64,000 nt of DNA from a virus, in IMG/VR virus record IMGVR_UViG_3300032288_004702, positions 92,277-156,276 of that record; one strand, written 5' to 3'. Under the pieces are notes generated by a model. The model was not told the DNA's origin. It did no database searches and saw only the letters and a program-made list of their open reading frames with translations. Positions 1 through 9,331 of the stretch are shown piece by piece. Position 1 is the stretch's first letter, and each line of letters begins with the position of its first letter. The translations under genes and the position numbers were made by a program.

Positions 1-195
1 CAATCTCCTTTTTTGCTTTCTTCACCCAAGACCTCCTTTGTTGGCTGGTTGCCTCAGATAGTGCCGGGAATTTCCTCTAGCGCATACTCCACCTACCACA
101 AAAGACACAAAAACTACTAGACACGCACGACACCACACTTATGGTGTAGAAATATAAAAGGAGAGAAAAAAGGGGAGATTTCTCAGGAGACTCAC

Positions 196-546
196 TTGTC
201 AGACGCCGGCAAAAAGCCCACACAAAAATCACCCAATAAAAATGGGCAACCAGATACAGGACTAGATATACCTCGTAAGTCTTGGTTTGACCTTGCTAGT
301 TGCAAAGGGAAAACCGAACTTATGTTTCCCAAACAACATAAGGACATTACATACATTGCGCAGGCGCGAGCCATCTGCAAATCATGCCCAGTGAAGAAGG
401 AGTGTTTGGAGTACGCCCTAGAGTTCCCACCGGCAGATATGCATGGGGTATGGGCTGGTTTGACTAGTAGGCAGCTGGCGGCCGAACAGCGAAGACGCAA
501 GATAAAGCCAACCCGACCAACCCTTGCACAGATGTGGGGGGACTAG
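196..546 (+). CDS. whiB: WhiB-family Fe-S transcriptional regulator
   Basis: Four conserved Cys (C..C-x2-C..C), HGVWAG turn (G[VI]WGG-like), basic C-terminus. Confidence 0.9.
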   Translation: MSDAGKKPTQKSPNKNGQPDTGLDIPRKSWFDLASCKGKTELMFPKQHKDITYIAQARAICKSCPVKKECLEYALEFPPADMHGVWAGLTSRQLAAEQRRRKIKPTRPTLAQMWGD

Positions 547-629
547 TGATTGGGACCCTGGTTACATTCGCAGTGGTAATCGCCGGCATTATCTATATGG
601 AGAGAGGGCTCTTCAAAGATAAAGACTAG

Positions 630-704
630 TGGAGCCCTCGGTCAGGATTGAACTGACGACCTACCGCTTACAAGGCGGTTGCTCTACCACTGAGCTACAA
701 GGGC
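630..704 (-). tRNA. tRNA-Thr(UGU)
   Basis: Cloverleaf GCCCTTG..CGAGGGCT-CCA, anticodon loop CTTGTAA, TTCAA T-loop. Confidence 0.95.
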
Positions 705-889
705 AAGTGTCAGGCAGAAGCCAAAGGTTCGAACAATGCACCCACCTGACAGGGGAATGGTAGCGCAGGAATAATCAAATCATCAACCGAATAAAGACGC
801 AAAAAGGGCTGGAAAGTTACCGCCCGCGTCGGATTTTCAAATTTTTTAAAATTTTGTAATTGCTAATTACCGATTGTCAAGAGTTGCGG

Positions 890-1234
890 CTACTGAATTC
901 TCAGATTGCAAGTCTCACAAAATTGCATGTCATTTAATTGGGTAATTTTTTTGTCGCACTCTTTTTTGCCGCACGGCTGCAGGATGTGCTCTCCCCGGAT
1001 GTAGGCCAGCACGGTCTCTTCTACTGTGGGGATAGAGAACTGTGCGGAGCCGGCGTTGGGTATCCCCTTGTCAGCCCGGATGAATTCCCAGACGGCGTAC
1101 AAGATGACGTCATTTACTGCTAAACCCTTTTTGCGGGCATAGTCGATTATCTCGTTTTTCTGTTTGCCCTTCATGCGGACATTCAAGACGACGTACTTAT
1201 CTACAAAGCGCGTCTTTTCTGCGCGCCGGCCCAT
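890..1234 (-). CDS. Hypothetical DNA-binding protein (ribbon-helix-helix-like N-terminus, C-terminal Cys cluster)
   Basis: VVLNVRM..KNEIIDYARKKG pattern; PCGKKEC..FCETC. Confidence 0.5.
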   Translation of the reverse strand: MGRRAEKTRFVDKYVVLNVRMKGKQKNEIIDYARKKGLAVNDVILYAVWEFIRADKGIPNAGSAQFSIPTVEETVLAYIRGEHILQPCGKKECDKKITQLNDMQFCETCNLRIQ

Positions 1235-1398
1235 CAGCTGTCGCGTTCGACTAGGGCTTTGATGTAGTCAGTGAGGGTGAGGTCTACTGCCTCCGCCTGG
1301 GCAATGAGTTTTTCTTTGAACTCTTTACTTACTCGGAGAGTGAGGGTGACTACCGGTTTTGTTGGTTGTGTAACAGGGCGGCCGGGATTGCGCTTCAT
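1234..1398 (-). CDS. Small ribbon-helix-helix (Arc/CopG-like) protein, 54 aa, not in the ORF track
   Basis: Translated by hand: MKRNPGRP..VVTLTLRVSKEFKEKLIAQAEAVDLTLTDYIKALVERDS; TGA overlaps the next ATG. Confidence 0.6.
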   Translation of the reverse strand: MKRNPGRPVTQPTKPVVTLTLRVSKEFKEKLIAQAEAVDLTLTDYIKALVERDS

Positions 1399-1570
1399 GC
1401 CCCGAATTTACTGCAATACGAATAGCCTCATTGCAACAACGATGCAAAACACGCATACTAGCCTAAAGAACAAATCAAAAGGGGAGTACATTATTTTCCA
1501 AATCAAAGTTGTGGAACAAATGAGAGCAAGTATTTTGAGAAACAACATTTGGGCAACTCCAATTGGGTAA

Positions 1571-2065
1571 TTATTTTTGGGCAATCTTTTTTGACGGGGG
1601 GTCTGGTACAGCGTACTTATCTCCCTCGAGCTGGGAGACAATCTTTTCGTACATCGAGCAGAATGCTGCCCTGTCTGCATTGGTGTGGAGGTTATAGGCA
1701 GACTGGCCCATTGCCTGAACGGTTTTAGAGAGTGCCTCTGATACCTCTATGGACGGAGGCATACCAGAGTTGACCTCCTGGGATAGGGTAATCCATTTAC
1801 CCCAAGCAATAAGGGGGTCATCGAATGGGGGTATTTTTGTGGTGTTATCAATTGTGGCTTTTCTGAGCTCACCTGGTCGGGGCATAAAGTCTCGAGTTAC
1901 TGCCATATTGCGGAAAGAGCGCTTGACATCTGCGAGCTCGAGGTCGTGCAGGAGCTCGTACCATGCATTGAGGAGAGCCTGAACCTCTTCGTCCTTTGTG
2001 GGCATCTCTAGGCGGTAGGTGGCATAGGCCTGGTCTACTAGCTCTACCAGCTCTGACTTGTTCAT
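1571..2065 (-). CDS. Replicative helicase loader/inhibitor-like protein (G39P-like N-terminus)
   Basis: AWYELLHDL..VKRSF....DFMPRPGELRK resembles the G39P-type motif. Confidence 0.5.
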   Translation of the reverse strand: MNKSELVELVDQAYATYRLEMPTKDEEVQALLNAWYELLHDLELADVKRSFRNMAVTRDFMPRPGELRKATIDNTTKIPPFDDPLIAWGKWITLSQEVNSGMPPSIEVSEALSKTVQAMGQSAYNLHTNADRAAFCSMYEKIVSQLEGDKYAVPDPPSKKIAQK

Positions 2066-2436
2066 TCGTTTGCCCAGTTAGATTTAGCTGATTTATTGCC
2101 GGCGTCGTACAGCTCCTGGAACTTCTCTACATGAGCTGCATCTCGGAATATGACGGATATGTCATTGTAGGCAGTCTTCTGTTTGTTCTTCCCCATATGG
2201 AAGTCTGACAGTGCACAGCCGGCGATGGCCTCTTTGCAGCCCTCGACGTTGTATACGGCGATTGCCCATCTGAGGTCTCTCTCGCGCTTGATGTCGAGCT
2301 GGGCGCGCTTCTTGCCCATTGTGTGCTTCCAGTATTCGAAGACTTCCAGCACCAGAGGGAAAGCTACTTTCTTTCCAATCTCTACTTTGTTCTTATTGTG
2401 GGCATTTGGCCCACGCCCCTTCTTTTCAGTACTCAT
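2062..2436 (-). CDS. Phage replication-initiator-like protein
   Basis: EVFEYWK..AIAGC..SDFHMG.N....YNDISVIFR; coupled to the helicase-loader-like gene; TTGACG-N18-TAGATT promoter upstream. Confidence 0.4.
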   Translation of the reverse strand: MSTEKKGRGPNAHNKNKVEIGKKVAFPLVLEVFEYWKHTMGKKRAQLDIKRERDLRWAIAVYNVEGCKEAIAGCALSDFHMGKNKQKTAYNDISVIFRDAAHVEKFQELYDAGNKSAKSNWANE

Positions 2437-2888
2437 CTTGTCCAATCTAGTTGAAGTCTTCCGCCACCGTCAAACAAATTCGGGAAAATCTGATTTTGGA
2501 CAGACTTCACCTTAAGTCCCTTTGTCACTTTGGTAGGAGATTTAACTCTCGTTATTTCCGTGAATGGAATCTATTGCCGCTTGGCCAGTAAAGATACTTT
2601 GGAGGGGGGTTCGGGGGGAACCTTTACAAATGTTTTGCAAAAGGGCAACCCGAAAAACACCTCCCCTCGAAGGTGTCGAAAAATTCTGTAGGCGTGACGC
2701 TGGCCGGCGTCTGGAAATTTCCAATTTCGCTCTATCGAGCTAGATGGTCGATGACGATAGCAGGCTCTTCCACCACCGTCAACCACTACCCGGGGATTTT
2801 TTATTTTTCTCCACGGCCGCCGGGCCGGCGCGGAAAAATCTGACAAAACTTGCAAGCACGACTAATTACATCGTGGTAAGTTAGCGGG

Positions 2889-2985
2889 GCTTCTTACGGG
2901 TTCCCCCTTTCGCCCGGAAAGAAGTAGCCCCCGGGTTGAGTTCGTTGATGGGTTGGTAGGTGGCCGTCTTCGACTCCCCGGGGGC
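2889..2985 (+). ncRNA. Candidate two-hairpin small RNA with loops antisense to array-gene leaders
   Basis: Extended -10 TGGTAAGTT at 2874-2882; two long stems whose G-U pairs only work on +; loops TTCCCCCTTTCG and GTTGGTAGGTGG. Confidence 0.6.
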
Positions 2986-2998
2986 ACCTTCGCTTTAT

Positions 2999-3415
2999 CT
3001 ACTCTCCACCCCAGTAGTCTTTGTTCTTTTTCTTGCTGCTGTGCCGCGGGAGGAATTTTGATGATGCTGCTTCCTGCTGCAGCTGCGCCTGCCGCTGAGC
3101 TGCACGTGGGTCTGAGAGTTTGGCAAGAATTTCCTTGGTCTCGCCATCGAGGCCGCCACCGACAGTCTTCGAGTAATTCGACGGGTGCTCCATCCGGTTG
3201 CGTGCTTTTTCTTTTATTTCCTCTTCGAGAAGAAATTGCTGCAGCTCTAGCTCGAGCAGGGTTTGTGCGTTTTTTTCGATATTCCGCGGATTCGTCAGTG
3301 TCCGGTATTTAAATCTATCCAGGTACCTGCCGGCGACGCCGGCCATGGCAGCAATAAAAACGATAATTGTTGCAACTGCTGCCGCGGTGAGAATCATTGA
3401 GATAAATGTGTTCAT
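2999..3415 (-). CDS. Hypothetical protein with N-terminal TM helix
   Basis: ORF with AAGGA RBS and hydrophobic N-terminus; stop lies in the GAGTAGATAA motif. Confidence 0.6.
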   Translation of the reverse strand: MNTFISMILTAAAVATIIVFIAAMAGVAGRYLDRFKYRTLTNPRNIEKNAQTLLELELQQFLLEEEIKEKARNRMEHPSNYSKTVGGGLDGETKEILAKLSDPRAAQRQAQLQQEAASSKFLPRHSSKKKNKDYWGGE

Positions 3416-3688
3416 GATTGTTTTTTCCTTTGTTCAAATTTATTGATTATTTCTTCCAGACGGCCGTCGTTTACTCGAGGGACCAGCCAGAAAAAGAACC
3501 AGAAGACCATGGCCATGTATGAGAAAAATGCAATTTTCATTCGCCGACCTCGTCGAGGTATGAGTCCCTAAGACCATCGCAATAATCCTGATATTGCGCT
3601 TTTATCTCGGCCTCACGTAGAAGATGGTCATCCCGACGGCTTTCCTCAAAAGCCAGGAATTCTGCATTGATGTTTTCAGGGCCCATGG

Positions 3689-3961
3689 TTACCTGCCGGC
3701 GGCCAGAAGTTCTTCGTGTTTTTCCACAGTTTCTAGATACGTGTCGACTACACGTATGAAAGTCGCAGAGAAAACCATCCGTGTAGCCATCGACATATCG
3801 TCGATTTTTTCGAATATTCCCCCCATGACAAGAAGCTTCTGTCTAACCGCATCCAGATTTTCTGCACGCTCTTCAGGAGCATAGGGATTACCAGTTATCT
3901 CGTCATAGAGAATTGCATCTTGCAACTTTTCGGCGAGGAGCTCTGAGTTAAAGTTTTCCAT
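3689..3961 (-). CDS. Hypothetical protein
   Basis: Tightly packed - strand ORF. Confidence 0.55.
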   Translation of the reverse strand: MENFNSELLAEKLQDAILYDEITGNPYAPEERAENLDAVRQKLLVMGGIFEKIDDMSMATRMVFSATFIRVVDTYLETVEKHEELLAAGR

Positions 3962-3989
3962 TTATCTAGTACCTGTCTTTTGAAGTTAT

Positions 3990-4253
3990 CTACTGGCCGC
4001 GCCGGCCGCGAAAACTTTTCCTTTTTTTGATTTTGTAGCCGGCGAGCTCGAGCTCTTCGATTACATGTGCTGGGATTCCCGCCCAAACGACGACACCTTT
4101 ATGTACCAGTGCACGTGCGATTGCTGCCTGCTTTCCTGGGAGTTCATCAATTCGTTGATGGAGCGCTGCCGGCGTGACGGGGTGTCTTGGAATCGGAGAG
4201 CTATTAAAAACTTCCCAGGGGTCAATGTCTTCGCGGTCTTCCACCACCGTCAA
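3990..4253 (-). CDS. Hypothetical protein
   Basis: Packed - strand ORF with RBS. Confidence 0.55.
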   Translation of the reverse strand: MTVVEDREDIDPWEVFNSSPIPRHPVTPAALHQRIDELPGKQAAIARALVHKGVVVWAGIPAHVIEELELAGYKIKKRKSFRGRRGQ

Positions 4254-4262
4254 TCCCTTTCC

Positions 4263-4952
4263 TTAGATGTCTTTGGTTAAATCTAACAGAAACCAGCCAC
4301 GTTCCCACATCATGCCGATAGCCGAGTATCCGATGATGTCGGTGTATGTATCTGTTAGAGATTCATTGGCCGCCTTGCCGCTGCGCGCCAGATGCAGATT
4401 CTTCAATCTTGCGATTTTGTCATGTGTCCGGACAACCAGGCCTCGACGTCCAAAACGTGCAATATTGTGATGTCCGTAATCTGACTGCTTTCGAATCAGG
4501 GTTTCTGTGATGTCTTCCCGAATCATCCAACTATCGAAGACGCCGGCTGCGGATGCTGAATTATTTGAAATTTCTGGATGGCCGCCAGGGCCGCGGGACG
4601 GAAATAAATTCCCGTTTTTCATCCCAACAGCTGCAGCTATAGAACCGAGAATTCTCCATTCTTCAACCCAGTACATCTCGTCCGCCTGAAACCAGTCCAT
4701 GGTCTGGACCATTCCCTCAAAATGGTTATCTACCATCGAGAGTCCCTCGAGTACAGAATTTAAAAAATCGTCGATTTCTGCCGCCGGGCCGCTCGAGCTG
4801 ATAATTCTCTTTTTTCCGTTTTCTTCAAAGTTCCGGAGGTGCACCAGGGGTGCATCCGCTCTATTGAAAATCTCAGAAACGCAGATTGCTGCAGCTTCTT
4901 GCCAGCTCCTTGGGTGCTCTGGTTCGAGCTCTTCCACCACCGTCAACATCAT
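4263..4952 (-). CDS. DUF1599 / nucleotide-modification-associated domain protein
   Basis: C-terminal RKQSDYG...VRTHDKIARLKNL...NESLTDTYTDIIGYS. Confidence 0.7.
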   Translation of the reverse strand: MMLTVVEELEPEHPRSWQEAAAICVSEIFNRADAPLVHLRNFEENGKKRIISSSGPAAEIDDFLNSVLEGLSMVDNHFEGMVQTMDWFQADEMYWVEEWRILGSIAAAVGMKNGNLFPSRGPGGHPEISNNSASAAGVFDSWMIREDITETLIRKQSDYGHHNIARFGRRGLVVRTHDKIARLKNLHLARSGKAANESLTDTYTDIIGYSAIGMMWERGWFLLDLTKDI

Positions 4953-4975
4953 TTATCTACCTTCGGACTTATCTA

Positions 4976-5437
4976 CTACTCCCCCGCCAGCAGGTCATCC
5001 CAGCTAGCAGGAGGGTTCGCCTTCATTTCCACTCTAACCATTTCGGCCAGCTCTTCCAACTGCCCAACCCAGAAAGCGTCGGAAACTCCAGGGAGCCCCG
5101 TCTTTTTTTCCATTGAATCGACGCTGTCGAGGCGCTCTGCAATGAAATCACGGGAAAAGGCAGCGATGATTGATTTGTCCCCAGCTCCACGCATGAGTAC
5201 TGGACCGCTTTGTCCATCCAAGGCCTCGGACGGAACATGTATCCCCGTCACAACATATTTGTTGTCATCTGTGAAAATGAAAATAATGTTGTTGTTCTCT
5301 TCGTCAACCAGGGAAAGCTGGCTAGCCACTTCGGCCGCCACGTCTTTCGAAATATCTGATTTTTCAAGCATCGCAATGAGCTCTTCTTTGTTGAATTTCT
5401 CTGAATTCCCCACTGGGTCCCAGTAGCTGTCTCTCAT
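4976..5437 (-). CDS. Hypothetical protein (start reassigned to ATG at 5437)
   Basis: AAAGGA RBS precedes MRDSYW. Confidence 0.6.
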   Translation of the reverse strand: MRDSYWDPVGNSEKFNKEELIAMLEKSDISKDVAAEVASQLSLVDEENNNIIFIFTDDNKYVVTGIHVPSEALDGQSGPVLMRGAGDKSIIAAFSRDFIAERLDSVDSMEKKTGLPGVSDAFWVGQLEELAEMVRVEMKANPPASWDDLLAGE

Positions 5438-5603
5438 ATTTTTTCCTTTTTTATTTCGTCGATGGCCGACGTCGTTTCGACGAAGCCAGGGATATGTGCT
5501 GGTAAACCACATAAATCGCAAATTGCGTTTGTCGAGCTCTGGGTTGAGTTTTTGATTTTCTCAAAAAGAACAGAGCCGCACTCGAGGCATTCGTGTGCTG
5601 GCA

Positions 5604-5837
5604 TCAGGCTGGAGTCGCCGATGTCTCGAAAACCATGTAACCCTCAATGGCTGTGTGTCCCCAGTCGAGTGGGTCGCACTGAACAATGCCAGTAACCCAC
5701 GCTCTTTTAGGCATGGGCGCTAGTGGGTCTTCGCCGATTTCTTTTCGGACTTTTTCTATTGCGTCACCAAGTGCACGCTGCGGTGATTCTGACTCAACAT
5801 CAACACCGACCATTACCTGAACTCTGTAAGTAGGCAT
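5604..5837 (-). CDS. Hypothetical protein
   Basis: GAGGAGG RBS precedes MPTYRV. Confidence 0.55.
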   Translation of the reverse strand: MPTYRVQVMVGVDVESESPQRALGDAIEKVRKEIGEDPLAPMPKRAWVTGIVQCDPLDWGHTAIEGYMVFETSATPA

Positions 5838-6015
5838 TACCCCTCCTCGTATTCGCATTTTTGACCATCGCAGCTGCCGTACTGTCTGCAAAAAACTGAA
5901 TAATTCAGGCAGTTCGGGTCACGTGAATCTTCCGCCTCAGGCTGGCTGCGCTCAGCTTTACGGCGTCCACGGGATTTACCTAGTTTGTAGACGACTAGGT
6001 GACTGACAAGTCCCA

Positions 6016-6240
6016 TTACTTATCTACTGCCTCTTCACTGACAGCCAGCGAGATGCTTTCCCACAGGTCGTTTTCGGGGTGTTCGTCAAACGCTTGACAA
6101 ATCTTCTCCCATGCTTCTTGGGTCAGTTCCACTTCGTCATCCGCTGAGTAGTCAAAGTCGCTCTTCGTGTAGACGACTGCGCAGATTTCCTCTGCGGGAT
6201 TCAGTTTCTGTAAAGCTTTGATGAGTGTTTGGACTTGCAT
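6016..6240 (-). CDS. Hypothetical protein, probably leaderless
   Basis: TTGACA-N17-TAGAGT immediately upstream of the ATG. Confidence 0.6.
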   Translation of the reverse strand: MQVQTLIKALQKLNPAEEICAVVYTKSDFDYSADDEVELTQEAWEKICQAFDEHPENDLWESISLAVSEEAVDK

Positions 6241-6325
6241 GACGACACTCTATCCACCACCGTCGGTTTTGTCAACCTCTTTTTAAATCTGTCCAGTAAA
6301 TAAAAAATGAGATTCTGCAAGCGGG

Positions 6326-6339
6326 CGAACATGTGTTCG
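6326..6339. promoter_or_regulatory. LexA (SOS) box, Gram-positive/actinobacterial type
   Basis: CGAAC-ATGT-GTTCG abutting the -10 (TAATGT) of the 6356 gene. Confidence 0.7.
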
Positions 6340-6355
6340 TACTAATGTCTCATTC

Positions 6356-6730
6356 ATGGACAACAGCACAAAATTCAATATGTATGTGGAAGCCCTCGAG
6401 CTGTACATTTCAAAAAATGGAAATTCTAAAATTCCAGCATCACATGTTGAAATCGTAAATGAAAAAACAATTTCTCTTGGCGCATGGGCCGGATACATCC
6501 GTCAGAGATTTCGCAAAAATCAACTTCCCGCAGCACGTGTAGCCAGACTTGAACAAATCAACGGCTGGCAGTGGGGGCCATTTCAGCCAGGGCCGGCGAC
6601 GGATTCTGCAAGAAATGAATCAATTCGCGAGCTTCGCATTCAGGGCAAGTCTCTTCGGGAAATCGCAGATGAGTTTGATTTGTCGCGGCAGCGCGTACAT
6701 CAAATCATCAAAAAGATGAAAATTTCGTAG
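6356..6730 (+). CDS. Helicase-associated (HA) domain fused to sigma70 region-4-like HTH
   Basis: YISKNGNSKIP..SLGAW...RQRFRKNQL...RLEQI..WQW (HA); KSLREIADEFDLSRQRVHQI (sigma r4). Confidence 0.75.
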   Translation: MDNSTKFNMYVEALELYISKNGNSKIPASHVEIVNEKTISLGAWAGYIRQRFRKNQLPAARVARLEQINGWQWGPFQPGPATDSARNESIRELRIQGKSLREIADEFDLSRQRVHQIIKKMKIS

Positions 6731-6780
6731 GGCCGTCCGGTCTTCCACCACCGTCATTAAGTTTCCGCGAGGGGGAAAAC

Positions 6781-7092
6781 ATGGTTTCTCAAAATTGGAA
6801 AAATACGAACAAAACTTCTGGGTCGTTTCCTCGGGCTTTCCGAGATTCGCCGATTTCGGGCGGGGCTCCCACCCCAAAGAAGGGTGGTCGTGACAGCCGG
6901 CGAGAGGGGAACGCATTTCTTGGATTTCTGTTGCTCGTCGGGATACACACCGTTCTGCTGTGGCTTGCCGTGCGTGTCGCAGAATCGGCAGGAATCGTGA
7001 CATGGAATGTCGGCTGGTGGGATTCACTGAAACTCGCCACGCTGTATGTCGTGTGGAAGGCTGTCGCTCTCATGGCTTGGAATCGCCACTGA
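6781..7092 (+). CDS. Hypothetical membrane protein
   Basis: RBS GAGGGGG; two hydrophobic segments. Confidence 0.5.
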   Translation: MVSQNWKNTNKTSGSFPRAFRDSPISGGAPTPKKGGRDSRREGNAFLGFLLLVGIHTVLLWLAVRVAESAGIVTWNVGWWDSLKLATLYVVWKAVALMAWNRH

Positions 7093-7356
7093 CGCACCGA
7101 GAGAGACTTATCTACTCCTAGTACCACTGGCGATACATGCATGCATGACGCATGCACCGAGCATGCCGTGAGCATGCCTGCCAGCACGAACAGGAGCAGA
7201 GTAGATAAGTGGGTCACGAGCGGTACTCTGCCCACGGGTCACGCCCTGCGCTCAACTCTGCCTGCTCCCATTCCAGCAACGCATACGCCCATGAATCGCA
7301 CTGTGCGCATGGACACTTGCTCTCATGTCCTTCGGGCTGTTCGGGTCGTGGTGTCC

Positions 7357-7596
7357 TCACGATTCGCTCACTTTCTGAAACATGTCTGCGAGAATCGGCA
7401 GAACGCTCATTCCTTCGTTGTATGTGAGGGCAGTCCAGTCACGCTCTGCTTGCTCTCTGCTGTATTCGCCTTTCGCCAACTCTCGCTTCATGCCTTCGTA
7501 GTAGTGGCAGAGATTCGTGAGAGCGTCGTACAACTCGTCCAGCAGTTCCTCTTCGTCCATTGTGTCGTCCCCATGCGTGTCTAGTAGTGATTCCAA
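7357..7596 (-). CDS. Hypothetical acidic protein
   Basis: ORF after GAAAGGGGG RBS; start uncertain. Confidence 0.45.
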   Translation of the reverse strand: MESLLDTHGDDTMDEEELLDELYDALTNLCHYYEGMKRELAKGEYSREQAERDWTALTYNEGMSVLPILADMFQKVSES

Positions 7597-7760
7597 GTTA
7601 TCTACTTCCCCCCTTTCCCACTACCCCTTGCGGAGAATCAAAGGAGCGTGACTCTCACGCTCGGGGCAGTGGTGGTACACAGAGTAGATAAGTCTCTGTG
7701 ACCATTCCCCTCGGGCGGTGGTGGGTGTCCAAGCCCACCACCACCCTCTCGGGAAGTTAT

Positions 7761-9329
7761 CTACTCCCTCTCGGGGAGCGGTGTCCCCATGTGCTGATAG
7801 TAGATGTTTCGGAACATGTACGGATACACGCTCTGTGCTTTGCCGTTCACTTTGAGGTTGCGCAACTGCTCAATGGCTTCCTCAATGTGGGGAACCACGA
7901 TGTAGCGGTGCTGTCGTGCGTAGGTAATGCACTGCATGGCAAGCAGGTCGGAGAATCCGTCATTTGCTCCACACACTCCACCGTCTGTGACCCACACAAG
8001 CGGAGTGTTCTTGTATTGACGATTCTGAACGCCCCACTCAATAGCGGGGAAGTCCACGCCGTTGCCGTGTCCGTAGTCAATGTATTCCACATTCTCCACC
8101 ATGCGTCCCTTGTCTGCAACGACCCATGCGTTCGCACGGTCGCCAGTACCACGACCACGGTCGGAGTAGATGAGGACAGTAGCCCCAGGAGCGTTCTCAA
8201 TGATTTCTGCGATTTGCTCCGTAGTGAACGACATGGAACCGCTTGCGTCAATGATGACCATGCCACCACTGCCACGCACCGTCTTGTCAAAGACACGCTT
8301 TGCAGGGTCGGTCATGTAGCGGTGCATGCGCCGTGGGCGAATACCGACATTCGTGGCGATTCGCTTCTTGCCCATTGAGCCGTAGTGGTAGCGAGGCAAC
8401 GGTTCACGACTGACGACAAGTTCTGCCCACCGTGTCGCTCCACCGTGTTCTGCTGGTGTCACCTTGCCGTGTGGGTTTCCGTCCCTGTCGCCGTCCTTGC
8501 TTTCGCCTTCCTCGTACTCGGCAGAGTGTTCCTCTTGCTCGTCACCCGATTCGGACTTATCTACTCCCTTTGCGCCAGCCTTGCCAGCCTTCCCCTTCTT
8601 GGGGTCGTTCTTGCGAGACTTCGGCGGTGGGAATGAGGCGAGCCTGTCCACCCACTCTGCCATGCGCTCGGTGTGAATGAATCCGTATGGAGCGACACCC
8701 TCGTAGGTGTCGGTGCTTGCGAGTGTGCGTGTCTGATGAGCCTTGCGCATTTCCTTCACTGCTCGCTTGCCAATGTCCACAAGTGCGTCACCCCATGCTC
8801 GGTTGTGCCTGCGGATTCCGTTGAGGAATGGCTTGTGTCCAGCCGTGTTCGCCGTGGCGATACACATGGCAACTGCGCCTGCCCAGTCTCCCGACTGTGC
8901 AAGTTTCTCGCCTGTGGCGAGTTCGCTTCCGTCAGAGAGGTGCGTCTTGACATCAAAGCCAGCCTGCTGACAGAGGTAGTTCACTCGCAGTTCCTCAACG
9001 ACTGTCATGGCAGTCTCGGACGCAACAGAGCGACCGACAAAGACTTCCATTTGTTCGGTGGTCGGAGACACCTTCGCATGCATCATTTCGTGCGCACGAA
9101 CGACACGCTCCATTTCACCGTCCACGGACGGAGCGAACATGACACGGTGAGTGACATCAGTGCGAGGCTCGCCACGCACTGCACGGCAGTCCTCAACAGT
9201 CCAACGCTCATGGGCGAGGTCTTTACGACCAAGCATGTTCGGTTCAGGGCGGTGCGCCCCCTTCTCAGACTTATCTACCTGAGAAGGGAACGCCTTGCCC
9301 CTGCTGTTCTGTGCAGGAGAGAACGACAT
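7761..9329 (-). CDS. vWA-domain protein with N-terminal HExxH metallopeptidase-like domain (DUF2201-like)
   Basis: RAHEMMH; MIDAS IIDASGSM; GNGVDF; VWVTDG; adjacent to MoxR ATPase. Confidence 0.8.
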   Translation of the reverse strand: MSFSPAQNSRGKAFPSQVDKSEKGAHRPEPNMLGRKDLAHERWTVEDCRAVRGEPRTDVTHRVMFAPSVDGEMERVVRAHEMMHAKVSPTTEQMEVFVGRSVASETAMTVVEELRVNYLCQQAGFDVKTHLSDGSELATGEKLAQSGDWAGAVAMCIATANTAGHKPFLNGIRRHNRAWGDALVDIGKRAVKEMRKAHQTRTLASTDTYEGVAPYGFIHTERMAEWVDRLASFPPPKSRKNDPKKGKAGKAGAKGVDKSESGDEQEEHSAEYEEGESKDGDRDGNPHGKVTPAEHGGATRWAELVVSREPLPRYHYGSMGKKRIATNVGIRPRRMHRYMTDPAKRVFDKTVRGSGGMVIIDASGSMSFTTEQIAEIIENAPGATVLIYSDRGRGTGDRANAWVVADKGRMVENVEYIDYGHGNGVDFPAIEWGVQNRQYKNTPLVWVTDGGVCGANDGFSDLLAMQCITYARQHRYIVVPHIEEAIEQLRNLKVNGKAQSVYPYMFRNIYYQHMGTPLPERE

Positions 9330-9331
9330 GA

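Noticed and set aside
706-752. Extra tRNA fragment (TGTCAGG..GTTCGAAC..CCTGACA)
   Set aside because: Only a short stem-loop of about 46 nt with no cloverleaf; insufficient support.
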